Origin: a virus
IMG/VR virus record: IMGVR_UViG_3300018430_001101
Location: 1 to 64,000 of that record
Strand: one strand, 5' to 3'
Length of the DNA stretch: 64,000 bases
Of this stretch, positions 63,680 through 64,000 are shown one piece after another (position 1 is the stretch's first letter; each line of letters begins with the position of its first letter). The notes under the pieces are model-generated. The model was given only the letters and a program-made list of their open reading frames with translations. It had not been told where the DNA came from and did no database searches. The position numbers and the translations under genes were made by a program.

Positions 63680-64000
63680 CGAAGCGCAGAAAAACTGCTA
63701 TCGAATCAATAAAGTGTCCACGCTGTGGCAGGAAGAATGAACTGGGCGGGGATGTTTACGAAAGCCTGGAAGACTACATAGAGATTAACGGATCCGGCTG
63801 TTCGTGCCGCTATTGCCGCGGACCGCTCATCAACATGTGCTCTGATAGCACCTGCAACACTGTGAACCTTCCACAGGCACGATTCTGCAAAAGATGCGGC
63901 AACGAGACTGTGTTCAGACAGAGCGGCGTGTTCGATGAGAAGTTCTGTAAGAAGGTCAAGAAGCTTGTGAAGGAGCGGTATGGGAGTGAACGCGGCAGAA
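63676..64000 (+). CDS. Zinc-ribbon protein (partial, runs off window end)
   Basis: ATGA overlap with ImmA stop; CPRCG...CRYC...CKRCG. Confidence 0.4.
   Translation, partial: MTKRRKTAIESIKCPRCGRKNELGGDVYESLEDYIEINGSGCSCRYCRGPLINMCSDSTCNTVNLPQARFCKRCGNETVFRQSGVFDEKFCKKVKKLVKERYGSERGR

Overview
Continuous 64-kb segment of a large, high-GC tailed-phage/prophage genome (by gene content plausibly infecting a Clostridia-type Firmicute; this is an inference). It is almost entirely transcribed on the minus strand. From high to low coordinates: an immunity region (plus-strand XRE regulator and ImmA/IrrE-like Zn-ribbon-rich metallopeptidase; a minus-strand XRE repressor with palindromic operators; a low-GC moron); a replication module (DUF2800-like nuclease, DUF2815-like SSB, family-A DNA polymerase, DUF932-like protein, VRR-NUC, SNF2 helicase, primase-pol/D5 helicase with downstream iteron cluster); sigma-like/ArpU-like regulators plus a MazF-like protein; auxiliary metabolism (MetK, HNH endonuclease, anaerobic ribonucleotide reductase NrdD with a C-terminal glutaredoxin-like domain); a ParE/RelE toxin-antitoxin pair on the opposite strand; three SPOR-domain peptidoglycan/polysaccharide hydrolases; DNA modification genes (ParB-N6/N4 MTase, a frameshifted MTase remnant, a C5-cytosine MTase); a GS-like amidoligase with two gamma-glutamyl-cyclotransferase-like genes; a run of small genes each preceded by a conserved ~75-nt promoter repeat; and finally terminase small and large subunits, portal, ClpP-like prohead protease and an HK97-type major capsid protein (truncated at window start). 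Five inteins interrupt four essential genes (TerL, C5-MTase, NrdD twice, PolA); four carry LAGLIDADG endonuclease motifs. The most unusual content is the late-promoter-driven amidoligase/GGCT cassette, the eight-copy promoter family, the intein load, the NrdD-redoxin fusion and an SNF2 helicase with an in-frame TGA inside its P-loop. No rRNA, tRNA or CRISPR array was recognised by eye. Coordinates of starts were chosen from ATG/GTG plus Shine-Dalgarno context where visible and remain predictions.
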